A DNA stretch of 64,000 nt from Octopus bimaculoides. Taxonomy: Eukaryota. The notes under the pieces are model-generated. The model saw only the letters and a list, made by a program, of their open reading frames with translations, was not told the DNA's origin and searched no databases. Of this stretch, positions 11,900 through 24,290 are shown one piece after another. Position 1 is the stretch's first letter, and each line of letters opens with the position of its first letter. Location of the stretch: NCBI RefSeq assembly GCF_001194135.2, contig NC_068981.1:22933091-22997090 (forward strand), written 5' to 3'. The position numbers and the translations under genes were made by a program.

Positions 11900-13510
11900 A
11901 TATAATGTGTGATAATAGTTATCATGATGATGTCAAGAATATACATCTCATTGGTGTTGTGACTAGTGCATGTCTTGGTGGAGTCGAGAGAAGGAAAGAC
12001 AAGTGGATAGGAATACTTGAATAAAACCGGCATGAACCCAGCCAGCTCCAAGAAGCTGATGTAGCGACAGAAAAGGCAGGCAGAGGAGACAGCATACTTA
12101 TGGGCCGAAAGATGGAGGATATTTGTGAGTAACCTTATAGCTATTAGTGTACTGGCCCTTTTCTAGATGCTGTCGAGGAAGTTTGTATGCAACAGCAGTA
12201 GGACCATCTCAGATGTGAAACAAATATTCCATTGTGCATCTTGCAAGTGCGTTTTAGTGAACCAATGATTTTTAAGGACTGAAGCATCTTCTGGCTCTAA
12301 AGAGAAAAACCAGTTATTGGGATGCAATTCTAGCTTTGTAAATGATGTGCTTTTATTAAGAGATATCCTCAGTATTAGTGAAAACCGAGTGCTACTCATG
12401 ATTAAATGGAGTGTGGTGGAATATTGTTTTCTTGATATGAGCAGCATATGTATTTTCTTGCTGTTGAGAGGAACAAGGCTGACATATCCCTTTGAAGGGT
12501 ATACTTTCAAGGTCTTCGTATGTGCTAAGTCATGTGGTGTTCAAGATGTGAATGGATGATGTATGGTTAGCGAGTGTTAGAGAGGAATGGAAAGTTGAAT
12601 CATTACATAAAACTGTGTGTCACTGAGTGTGGTTGCAAGTAAGACATTGAAGTATGAAGTATGGAAGTATGAAACTGGAGACAGAACCAGACCCCGAGGC
12701 ATATCAGGGTTTATAGAATGAGCAACAGAATGAACTCCATCGTTACATCCGGTAATAATATATTTTGATGGGAAACTCATTTCAAGAGATGAGAGATGGA
12801 TGGTGTCCTAAACAGGAAGTTTTGATTAGACATGATCAAAAGCTTTGCTGATGTTGAGGGCATCAACATTGCTTTCACCACATTCCTCCACAATGAGAGC
12901 TCACTACTGCATAAGCCACATATAGAGATATGTAGATCACTAGTGAATTTGGCTTTACAGAAACCATACTGGTAGTTATTAATGAGAGAGAGACTCAAGG
13001 CAGTAGAGGACATCTTTAATGGCTGTCTCCATTCGCTTAGATCTGTTAGAATTGAATGCAATTGGGTGATAGTTGGCAGGGTCAGAGAGGTAGTTTTTCA
13101 TGGAGATGTGATACAGTGTAGCATGTTCCCAAATATCTGGGTAGATCCTAGTAAAGAGAGATATATTGAAATGGTCGATAAGTATAGGGGCTAGCTGTAG
13201 GCACAGTGTGTAAAGTGGATGGACGAGACACCATCAGGACTGGTGGTCTTGTCTTGAAGTGACCAAAATTACTTTCATACTTTGTGTGTGTGTGCAAAGG
13301 GATAGACTGAAGGAGTACAACAGTATGGAATTGCCTCCAGGCCATTTGCCAAGTGTGTACGATAGGGAGTCAGTTGCAAAGCAGGCAGCAAAGGTGAAAG
13401 CTTTCTCTGCTGAAAAACTACATACAGAAGCATCATTGTCATGAAATTGAAGGAAAGAGAACTCTGCAACACTGACAGGAATCTTGTTTTGGCTCGGGAC
13501 CAAAATGATT
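11900..13510 (-). mobile_element. Decayed LINE reverse transcriptase (CR1/L2/Jockey group)
   Basis: Frameshifted motifs QYGF, ALNISKAFDHV, INPDMPRGLVLSP (GVPQGSVLSP-like) and AEKAFTFAACFATDS. Clade assignment is inferred and boundaries approximate. Confidence 0.7.
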
Positions 13511-15084
13511 ATTGGAGCCTAGAAGGTGGGACAACTTAAGAGTTGTTTAATGCACATATATGTGTATGCAAGCATGCACGCACACACATGCACACGCACA
13601 CACACGCACACACACTCTCTCTCTCTCTCACACTCACTCACTCACTCACTCACTGACAGCTTCTTTTCAGTTTCTGAATATCAAATTCACTCACAAGGTT
13701 TTGATTGGTACTTACCAAAGATGTCACACCATTGAATTGATGCTGAAACCATATGGTTGGGAAGTGAAATTCTCAACTACACAGTCATAAGATATATGAT
13801 GATATATAAGANNNNNNNNNNNNNNNNNNNNNNNNNNNNNNNNNNNNNNNNNNNNNNNNNNNNNNNNNNNNNNNNNNNNNNNNNNNNNNNNNNNNNNNNN
13901 NNNNNNNNNNNNNNNNNNNNNNNNNNNNNNNNNNNNNNNNNNNNNNNNNNNNNNNNNNNNNNNNNNNNNNNNNNNNNNNNNNNNNNNNNNNNNNNNNNNN
14001 NNNNNNNNNNNNNNNNNNNNNNNNNNNAGCATGGAAAGTGGATGTTAAACGATGATGATGATGATGATGATATATATGTGTGTGTGTATGTAACTATATG
14101 CCTGTTTTATATTAGTCTTTTCATGCTGTCATGGGTTAGAAGAATACCTATTGTGGTATTGTTTGAAGAGCCAAATGCCCTTCCTGCAACCAACACTGAA
14201 CAGTTTTTCAATTAAGGGATTTTTCTTTCCACTTAGCTTTGAAATCAGTGAGCTTATGGATGATCAGGGTAATTGTTACAAACAACAAGTTAGCAGCTCA
14301 ATGCTTTTTGCCATACAGGATACAAACATTGACATAACCTTACTCATGTGCACACACACTCACACAAAGAAGTTTGCCTTAATAGCCATATGGTTTCAGA
14401 TTGAAACTCATTGTGCATTACTTTGGGCGAGTGTCTTCTGCTATAGTTAGGTCAGGTAAAGCCTTGAGAGTGGATTTGGTAGTTGAAAAGTGAAAGACGC
14501 TCATTGTATGTACGTTTATCTGTTTGTGCATATGTGTGTGTGAGGATTTATGACTCATTGTCATGACATGAGGCGCTAGTTGTAAACAACTGGCACTATC
14601 ATACATGTGGTGTTTCATTTGCAGTCTTCTATGAAATCATGCCAGGCTATTATGCTGTTCATCTTTGTAGAAGAACCAGATCAGGTATGGAGACATGCAT
14701 TAGTGCAGTGTACTGCGGAATCTACCATTTGTCAGTATTTGCTAGGGTTATCCTGGGCAACTCTTTGAGTAGTGTTCTCATTGGTCCTTGTCACTGCAAG
14801 ATACTTCCTCATCCCACATGACCATGTGGTTTGTGAATAAGCAACATGAGCAATCACCCTAGCTGGATCCTCAGAGGAGAGGAAAACATGGGAAATATTA
14901 CCTTATATGGAAATAGGTTGGTGACAAGAAGGGCATCTGGTAGTAGAAAATCTACCTCAAGAAATTTCATTTGATCCATGCAGACATGGAAAAATGGATG
15001 TTAAGATGAGTGTGTGTGTATATGTATTACATCCACATATATATACACACACATGTAACATCAGGTGGGAGTTTGTATGTATTT

Positions 15085-15187
<103 letters not shown>

Positions 15188-16216
15188 CAGTATCAAATAA
15201 GAAAATAGTTCACAAATGTTAGTTCACATCAGTTGTAGTTATTCCTTAACCAAAGATGTGGTGGCAGAACAATCATTGCTTAAATGGCTGCCTGGATGCT
15301 TGCTGAAGAAAACTTCTCTCCTCCTAATTGTGTGGCAGGACCCACAGGAACCACACTCATCTCTTCCATTGAATGGATAATAACATTTATGTATACGTTT
15401 TTATTTTATGAGAGAGAGAGAGAGAGAGAGGTGGAACAGAGGTATGGATGTAATTAAAAAGTAATCACTAGTAAACAATATAAATAACAAAATCTAAAGG
15501 TTTCCTTGACAGAAAGGAAACTCCACTCCACACACAGTACACTCTCATTCTCTCTCTCTTTCTTTCTCTCTCTCACATACACATACACACACACACGTAA
15601 TATTAATTTATATTAATGAATATGAGATAATTATTACTGCTAATATGCTGTCATTCTGAAATTGTATCTTTAATCTGCTCCATATCTTCTGACCAAATAA
15701 TACTTTACATCTAGCCAATCAGCATGCTCCTTTTTACCTCTCACTTTTATGTAAACACCATCTGCATTCAACTAGATTGAGACATGTTTGTTTATATAAT
15801 AGTGGTTAGATTAGATTAGCATTAACTAATGCCAATCCAATCAAACTTCAAGAATTTTGCTATCATGTTTTATTAAGAACTATTTCAATAAATTTTGCTT
15901 TCATGCTCTGTTACATGTGTAAACAAAAAATGTGGCACTTTTCATCAGGGGTCTTGTAGCATATTGTCGTATTGCCTACTCTGTTGGAAAAGTCCAGAAA
16001 ATTACCACATTTACAACAGTAAATCTCATAAAATTATAAAATATTTTGATGTATCATTGCTAAATCACAAACAAATTATTTAGGCAAAAATAACTCACCA
16101 GAGACATATATTAATAGAGATTTAATATACATATACTATATTGAAAATAAAATTTCTAAATTCAATCTTAAGAATTTCTAATTGAGGATTTTATTAAGGA
16201 AACTATTAGATACATA

Positions 16217-16508
16217 CTGTGGTGGACTGGGTCTAAAAATATTGGTTGCCAGAAGACTAAGGGGGACCACCCATAACTACAATGCTATCATTTAATTTTT
16301 TTTTTTTTTTTAAAGTATTCTTTTGAACTGTCTACAAACACAGCCAGGCTGAAATAATTAATGCTTTCTTCTAGGAGTGAATAAAAAATTCTCAAACTTG
16401 AGGGGATGGGCCTCTTAAATACTAACATGGCCCCCCATATATGGATTCTAATGGCTCAGGGGCCCACTTGCCATTGAGCAAGCTTGCAACCTGGCCAGTC
16501 TGCCACTG
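16217..16508. mobile_element. hAT-type MITE with 8-bp TSD
   Basis: TIRs CTGTGGTGGACTGG / CCAGTCTGCCACTG. Perfect direct repeat GATACATA at 16209-16216 and 16509-16516. Confidence 0.85.
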
Positions 16509-16901
16509 GATACATATTCCTGATTATCAGGAAATACAGATTTAATTTCATTAGTTTTGCATCCAATTTACTGAAGAGAATGCTGTAAAAATATTATCAG
16601 CCAAGATATATATATATATATATATATATATAACAATTACAGCATGGACGCATATTAGCCATTCAAAGACTTAATTTCACTTAAGTAGTTGCAGTATCAG
16701 TGGCCAGATTACATTTGGTGTGATGAAAATTCTGACATCAAATTATGTTTTTAGCAAAATTAACAGTCTTTGTATGTTTTGCAATAGCCAGTATGTGTTT
16801 TCCATTCTTAAATTGTATTAGTTTCAACATATGGTCTTAGATCAAATCACTTGCTTGACAAGTGCAAGACCTATAAATATATATATATATATATATATTT
16901 T

Positions 16902-17130
16902 CAGGGTGGCCCAAAAGTAGGTTTACAGTTTTTCAACTATCTCTTTTGCATTCATATATTAACAGTTTAGATCTTAATTATAAAAAAAAAGATATGAAAC
17001 CATTATTCTATGTTAATTTTTCCAGCTCCCTTTTCAGTTTGTAAGATAGAAATTTAAATGTAATAAAATGTTTTAAAAGAAATTTGAAGTGCCTCTGAGA
17101 TAACTGTAAGCCTAATTTTGGGCCACCCTG
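16902..17130. mobile_element. Tc1/mariner-type MITE
   Basis: TIRs of about 29 bp, CAGGGTGGCCCAAAAGTAGGTTTACAGTT / AACTGTAAGCCTAATTTTGGGCCACCCTG, followed by TA. Confidence 0.85.
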
Positions 17131-17250
17131 TATATGTGTCATTTAATGAATACATGACATACTAAGTTTCTGACATATTTTGCATTAATCAGTGGAGTTT
17201 GCGTTGCATACTATGTATAGACCTGCAATCATTCAAGCTCAAATGAGTGA

Positions 17251-17284
<34 letters not shown>

Positions 17285-17539
17285 CACCCACACCCACACA
17301 CAGAAAAAAAAATGAAATGAGAAAAATTACAACAAAAAACGAGAAGATACTATTAAGGAACAATTTAAGGGAAGTGGGAATAAAGTTATGGTTCTTAAAC
17401 TTGTTAAATGAAGAATATTGTTAATTTTGTGTTTATATCTAAAAAAAAAAACTATGCCTAGTGAGGGTAGTCAAATAGGAGGGAAGCTAGCGTGCATTAA
17501 ACTGAGTACCTAATCCATCTTCCAGTTCAATAACAGGTA

Positions 17540-18250
17540 CTTGTTGAGATGCACACATCTTGTAAAAATTTCTAATCTCAAGTTTAGAATGTTGCTGCAG
17601 TTTTTCAGTCTAATAAGGTTGTGTTTACTTTTGGCTATAAAAACCTGCACTTTTTTTACTTATTAATATATAGCCTAGATCGCTATGATGCTCCACCTAA
17701 TGATATGTGGTATACTGCTGTTTTTGAGGGCCCAGTTATAGCTAATTAGCTTTGTGCTTTTCTTTTCTCCAATGTACTTGAAAAAAAAAACTGGTGGTTG
17801 GCATATCTTGTTTGGAAGTCACTTTCACAAAGGCCAGTGTATTTAAATTCATGGAATAGAGGGGACTTCAGCTTTGTAGATGCTTGTGCTAGCCATGCAT
17901 GCCTGGTTTAGTGGGCAAGTATCTGGATTGTTCCTGCAGTCTTGGTTAGCTTATGTGAAATGATGTTTTCTATACTGGACTGCAGCTGTAGGAAACTTTC
18001 AAGGAACATCTATTGAAGATTTTATTTATTGTTGTTATAGTAGAAGGCTGCTTTAATGAAAAATCTTTTTAGATGAAGAGGTTAGAGTTCCTATTACTAA
18101 GGTTTTTAAGGATGAAAGGAGTGGCAAGTTTGTTTGTATACCTAGGTTTTGATTTGATTTATGGGAGGCCTTGTAAGTGTTAAAATCTGAGTATAGGGAA
18201 GCATCTAAGAGGTTTTATGATATTTTCTTTTCATAATTTTTTCTCTTCCT
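17540..18250 (-). mobile_element. Second, decayed Penelope-like GIY-YIG endonuclease remnant
   Basis: Hand translation of the minus strand gives DCRNNPDTCPLNQACMASTSIYKAEV ... STKLISYNWALKNSSIPHIIRWSII ... KKCRFL, matching the CR..CPL...C...Y.A.V / ST.LS.Y.W.LK..I.WSI pattern. Many stops. Confidence 0.6.
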
Positions 18251-19199
18251 CAAGTAGCCATGTCATTTAAATCTGCACATTGGTCAGTTCATGTGCTGTA
18301 TACTATACAGCCTGTATGGTTATTGCACTATCCAAACATGAAACTTGAAATAGCTAATGTGTTACTCCTGTACTCATTAAATATTTACCTCTCTTTGAAT
18401 TGAGTACCATTTTGCATCCAGCCAGAGCAAATCTGCCTCACCTCAATAAACTCCATCCAACCCATGCAAGCATGGGAAAGTTGACATTAAAATGATGATG
18501 ATATATTATTCATTCTAGGTCATTTCTATTGCTGTCCATCGCCTGCTCATGCCTGTGTCTCACTCATCCTGATCTTTGTCCACCTCTGCTATTGCCAGAT
18601 AGAAGAGTGGCAAGGTTATTTGTTTACATGCTAATGATAAGAATCCTGCCTTTCACATCATACATTCCTTCTTATTCCTCTTTGATCCAAAACTTTTAGG
18701 TTATTGAGTACTCTCTATATTTCCTGTGTACAAGCTACCGCCTCTCCTCTTGAGGTGTTTCCACAATCGAAAGCTGATGAATTTTGCTACTTCTAGAGGG
18801 ACTAGTGAGCATGACAACCTCTCTTGAGTGGTGCCAAGGAGATATATCTTGTACACACTGATGAGCAGAGAAAGCATAGGGCTGTGCAGTCCTTATAGTT
18901 ACCTGTTTGCTGACAACTGTTCACCTTCTCTTGTGCCATGAGAAAATGAACCCGATACACACTGTAAAGTGGTTGGCATTAGGAGGAGTAGCCAGCCAGA
19001 GAAACTAAGCCAAATGACATATATGAGCTTCTGCCTTTAGGAGCAGTGGCTCCTAATAATTGATGATTTAAGCTATGATGACGCATCCAACTCATACCAG
19101 TATGAAAAGCGAATGTAAAATGATGATGATGACGATGTGTGTATATATATAAAGCAATGTATATTTTTCAAGTGACCACAGCCAAGGTATATTTTACAA

Positions 19200-19860
19200 T
19201 ACTATGCCAGGAATCTGTCCCACATTAATATGGGAGATCTTTGATTTCATGGTGTGTCTCGGCCAATAACTTCAAAGTAGTTGTGTGGTCTTCATTCATT
19301 GAGAAACAGATTGACTTTGGCTGCAGTATTCTCAAGGGATGCTAACAAGTTTTATACATCATACAGTTGATGATCTGTGAAGGCAAGATCATCAGCATAG
19401 TGAAGTTCAGAGAAATACATACTCTGCACTAGACACTCCTTAACAGAATTTCCCCTCGCATTGGTTTCATTTTAAGAATGAACCAAAACAGTTTCGATAC
19501 TGCCACAGATCCTTTCCCTTAAAAGAATTATATAAAAGTTAAGAATCTTGACTAAAAGGCATCAATGTTTGGGGATTTTTCCAAGTTACTTGTATCTGAT
19601 AATGTCATCAGATTGGCTATGTCACATATTGTGTTGAACTATGGTATTTCGAGTGAGATTATTAAAGTCATCATTATCAATCTCAGAAAATCCATCAAGC
19701 TTTGTGTAAAGTACAGACAGTTCAATTAAAAAGCTTTCAGCAATTTCCATAGTCCCTCAGCGAGAAAGCCTAACTTCTATTCTCTTTCTCATCATAGTGG
19801 GTTACATCATCAGGCAAAGTTTTGACCCCATCTAAGTTAAAGCCTCACCTTCATGCAGAA
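19200..19860 (-). mobile_element. Decayed RTE-type LINE reverse transcriptase fragment
   Basis: The minus strand encodes SELHYADDLAFT near 19380-19415 and an HEG.. segment near 19855. Many stops. Confidence 0.55.
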
Positions 19861-20280
19861 GTAATCAACAATGTATATGTTATATATATATTACATTTAT
19901 ATTATATTTGGTGAACGTGACTGAAATATATTATTATATTAAAATAGTGTTTCATACTAGAAATGTACACACCACTAGAAAACCTGATGCTGTAGAAATG
20001 TTGTTTTAATTGTGTACACTGAGTTTTTCTACAGTCTGGCAAAATACCATAATACCAGTGAATGTTTTATTCAATTTCCTTTATATCAAGGCATAAATAT
20101 CATTTAAGCAGTTGAAAATCAGATGCGTAACATTGACAAGCCTCAACAAAAGTGAAGCATGTCTGTCATTCTTGTGAATCACCATAGTGATAATGTTCAC
20201 CCCACTCAGATATATATATATATTGTGATTTTAACATGACAATATTTTATATGCATTATACACACATACATACATAAACA

Positions 20281-20333
<53 letters not shown>

Positions 20334-23300
20334 GTACACAATGGATTGGTTAGGTGGAAGGGCTTGTGCCTATAGTTTGTGCTGGTACTCCAAGACAAAT
20401 GACATGAACATGGCGAATGTTCTTGGATGACTACAAGTTGATGACCACATTAAAAAAACACTGTAGAAGTCATTATACTTGCTCATGAGAAATGCATTAT
20501 TACAATCTACTTGAAACAATGCTTGCTTCAGATAATTTATATAATTACAATTAATTATTATTAACACTGTTGTTTACTTATTTTCCTAATATTTATTTCT
20601 TTAAATTCCTTCCTTCCTTCCTGATTTTTATCGTTTGCTTTCATTCTGTCTGTTAAGCAGTTCTCCATAAAAGTTTTTAAACCAGTGTGTAACTTCCAAG
20701 TTTTATCATAACTTTTGTTTTGAAACCAAATATAAACTGGTTTATTGTCTGCATGGTATGTAAATAATGGGAAAATATGAGTTCTACAATTCTTTAAATA
20801 CGTAATGTTTTAACTGTAATTTACTTCAGTAATATACAAGATTAACTGCAAGAGTTTGTTAATGATAAATACTTAAGAACTGTAAATTAAGTAAGTAAGA
20901 TGTTGTGTGTACTTAAGGTAGCAAGCGACAGAATCTTTAGAACACCAAGATGCTTAGAGGCATTTCATGACTTAATGTTCTGAGTTCAGATGCCACCGAC
21001 TTATCCTCACAACCCCCAAAACTACTGGCCATGTCCCAATATTGGAAAACAATATGTAGTGTATACTAATGACCAAGTTAATTAACAATAATCAGTATTA
21101 TGCAGCACAGAATTTTGTCAGTGAACAGGTCGCGGTCTCAAAGCAACGAAAATATTGTGGCAAATTAAATTTAAATGTTGAAGTGAATCTAATGGTTTTT
21201 GTGTGTTTCTTAAATGGTTTATAAACACTTTCCACACTGCAATTGTTGGAATCAGTATTAAATTTTTTCTTTATCTGTACTGATTAAGCTAAATTTAAAG
21301 CGAGTTATTTTAATATGAAAATTATGAGGATGTCATTTATTGATAGTTGTGTATAAGAATGTGTTTGTGGTAAATGGCATGTTTGTATGTCATCTCAACT
21401 AAAGACTAACTGTTATTTCAACGTAATCACAAGAGAACTAGCGGTGATTTAAAATTTATAGGAGATATGCTATCACATTGACGCTTTTACCAAACTGGAG
21501 TGACCTGATTGTTCTGTTGGAATTTATATCAAACCCTCCTGCGTTATCTTGCATTTTTTTCAGGCCGTTTGGTGTAAGGGAAGTAACTCTGAAGTCATAT
21601 TCGGCTGTATAAGAATGTGTTCACCATAGTTAATGGGGGTGCACGCAGATCAGCGAGGATCTAAACCAGCGATTCTCAACCGCGGCTCCAAGGGCTGCAT
21701 GCGGCCCTCGACGGTCTTCCCATTTAAATATAATAATTTTTTCTTTAATTGACGTGTTTTTAATTTTTTTTCTGCCCCTCCCCCCATCCAGGTTTTGGAT
21801 CTGGCCCAGATATTAAACGATAACGTGTCTATTCATTTCCTAATACGGTTTTTATTCGCTACAACATTTATAGAAAATCTCTTGTGTTGAGATAATATAA
21901 TATCGTATCAATGTATGATCGAGTAGTTTTTTTATACTGTATTTATGATTATAAGTTGTAAGGTGATAACTATTCATTTGTTGGTATATCTATCATGTAG
22001 CCATTAAAACGTACATATATATATGTATATATATATATATCATGATCGTTATAAACATATGCTTGTGTGTGTATGCACGTATGTATGATAATAATAATAA
22101 TAATAATAATAATGATAATAATAATGAAATTATTGTATACAGTGCTCAGGTGCACTACAACTTGTCAAAAGTGTGCATAAAGCATATGCAGTATTGTACA
22201 AATGTCTGGAAAGTGAACAGTGTATGAGTCAGATACAAGCTTGCTTGTGTATGGAGGGGAGAAAATCAAGCATGTGTATATATATATATATAGGTGCACG
22301 CGTATCTGTGTAGTTAAGAAGCTCGCTTCCCAACCATACGGTTTCTGGTTCAGTCTCACTGATCAAAGCCTTGACAGTGGATTTAGTTGATGGAGACTGA
22401 AAGAAGCCAGTCATATATGTGTGTTTGTGCTCATGTGTATGCCCATATCTTGACATTACATGATAGTTGTATGCAAGTGCCACCATCATACAAGTGATGT
22501 CGTTTGTTTTCAATCTTCTGTGTAACACATCTGGCCGTGGGTGAATATCACCTTGTTCAGAAACAAGTAAGGGTTGATGACAGGAAAGGCATCCAGCCAT
22601 AGGAATTCTGTCTGACCAGTGCAACCATAGAAAAGTGATTGAACCAATTATGATTATATGGCTATATATCTTGCTAGTGCCGCCGAACTGGCTCCTGTGC
22701 AGGTGGCACGTAAAATACACCATTTTGAGTGTGGCCGTTGCCAGTACCACCTGACTGGCCTTCGTGCTGGTGGCATGTAAAAGCACCCACTACACTCTCG
22801 GAGTGGTTGACGTTAGGAAGGGCATCCAGCTGTAGAAACTCTGCCAGATCAGATTGGAGCCTGGTGTAGCCATCTGGTTTCACCAGTCCTCAGTCAAATC
22901 GTCCAACCCATGCTAGCATGGAAAGCGGACGTTAAACGACGATGATGATATAAACATAACTGAAAGAAGCTCATCATATGTGTGTGTGTTTGTGTTTCAT
23001 CATAGCATTGCATGATAGTTGTAAACGAGTGTCACTATTGTATTAGTGGTGCCAGTCATTTCCAATTTTCTATGAAAACATGTCAAGTCATGGAGACATA
23101 TTACTTTGCTGGGACCCAAGTGAGAAGTGGCAACAAGAAAGACACCTAGCTATAGAAAGCCTGCCTCAGCAAGTCCTATCTAACCCATGCAGGCATGGAG
23201 AAGTGGATGTTAAAGTGATAATATTTTGTTTGTATATGTGTGCCTGTGTCTGTCTCTGTGTGCATGTGTATGTGCTCGCGAGGATACAACCTGAAAGTTG

Positions 23301-24076
23301 TAAATAAAAATCACTGTCCTACAAGCAGTGTTGTTCGTTTTTAATCCTCCATGAAAACAAATCCAGCCATAGAGAAACAAGTGAGGATTAGTGACAGGGA
23401 GGGCATCCATTTGTAGAAAATCTGCCTCAACAAATTTCATCTGACCCTTACAAGCATTTATTATTATTATTATTATTAATATTATTATTATTATTATTAT
23501 AAGGCAGCGAGCTGGCAGAATCGTTGGCCAACTTTGTCACTGGGGCCAAGCTTTGCCTTTCATCCTTTTGGTGGGGGTGGGGGCGAAAAATTAAGAACCA
23601 GTCAAGTCTTGGGGTTGATGTGATTAACTATCCCTGTCCCCACCCATTCCAAGCCTTGTGCCTATAGTAGAAAAGATTATTATTATAACTCTTGAAATAT
23701 GCATACATACCTATTACTATTTTTCTATGTTCAATCACATTGTTTACACAGATATATTTGTATATGAAACAAACATTGTAATTTTCAGTGCTGGCATTAA
23801 ATTCTGTAGAAAATCTGTAGAGATACACTTAAAAGTGAAAACATCGCACTGCTAACACAAGAAGTATTAAGGTGGTAAGCTGTGCATTCTGTGTTAAAGG
23901 TCTGCTGAGGTTGACTGCCCTTTGTCCTTTCAGGGTTGATGAAATAAGTACCAGTTAAGCCACTGTGGTCAATGCAACTGACCAGCCCCCCCCCCCTCTG
24001 CTAAAATTTCAGGCCTTCTCCCTATAGCAGAATGGATTGTTATTATTATTATCAACAACAATGTTATGATTATTAT

Positions 24077-24290
24077 AAGGCAGCGAGCTGGCAGAAATGT
24101 TAGCACGCCGGGCAAAATGCTTAGCAGTATTTCGTCTGTTTTTACATTCTGAGTTCAAATTCCGCCGAGGTCAGCTTTGCTTTTCATCCTTTTGGGGTCG
24201 ATAAATTAATTATCAGTTGCGTACTGGGGTTGATATAATCTGCTTGCACCCTCTCCAAAAATTTCAGGCCTTGTGCCTAGAGTAGAAAAA
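24077..24290 (+). mobile_element. SINE family A (tRNA-like head, (ATT)n tail), representative copy
   Basis: AAGGCRGCGAGCTGGCAG..TGAGTTCAAATTCCGCCGAGGTCGACTTTGCCTTTCATCCTTTCGGGGTCGATAAATTAAGTACCAG..GGCCTTGTGCCTATAGTAGAAAGG(ATT)n. Roughly 18 copies, e.g. 693-915, 927-1150, 6402-6610, 24298-24510, 31625-32325 (three), 36085-36370 (-), 47115-47330 (-), 48615-48765 (-), 49795-49950, 63730-63950. Confidence 0.85.

Noticed and set aside
18850-18890. CTGATGAGCAGAGAAAGC as a second hammerhead
   Set aside because: It has no stem II and no valid NUH cleavage triplet.
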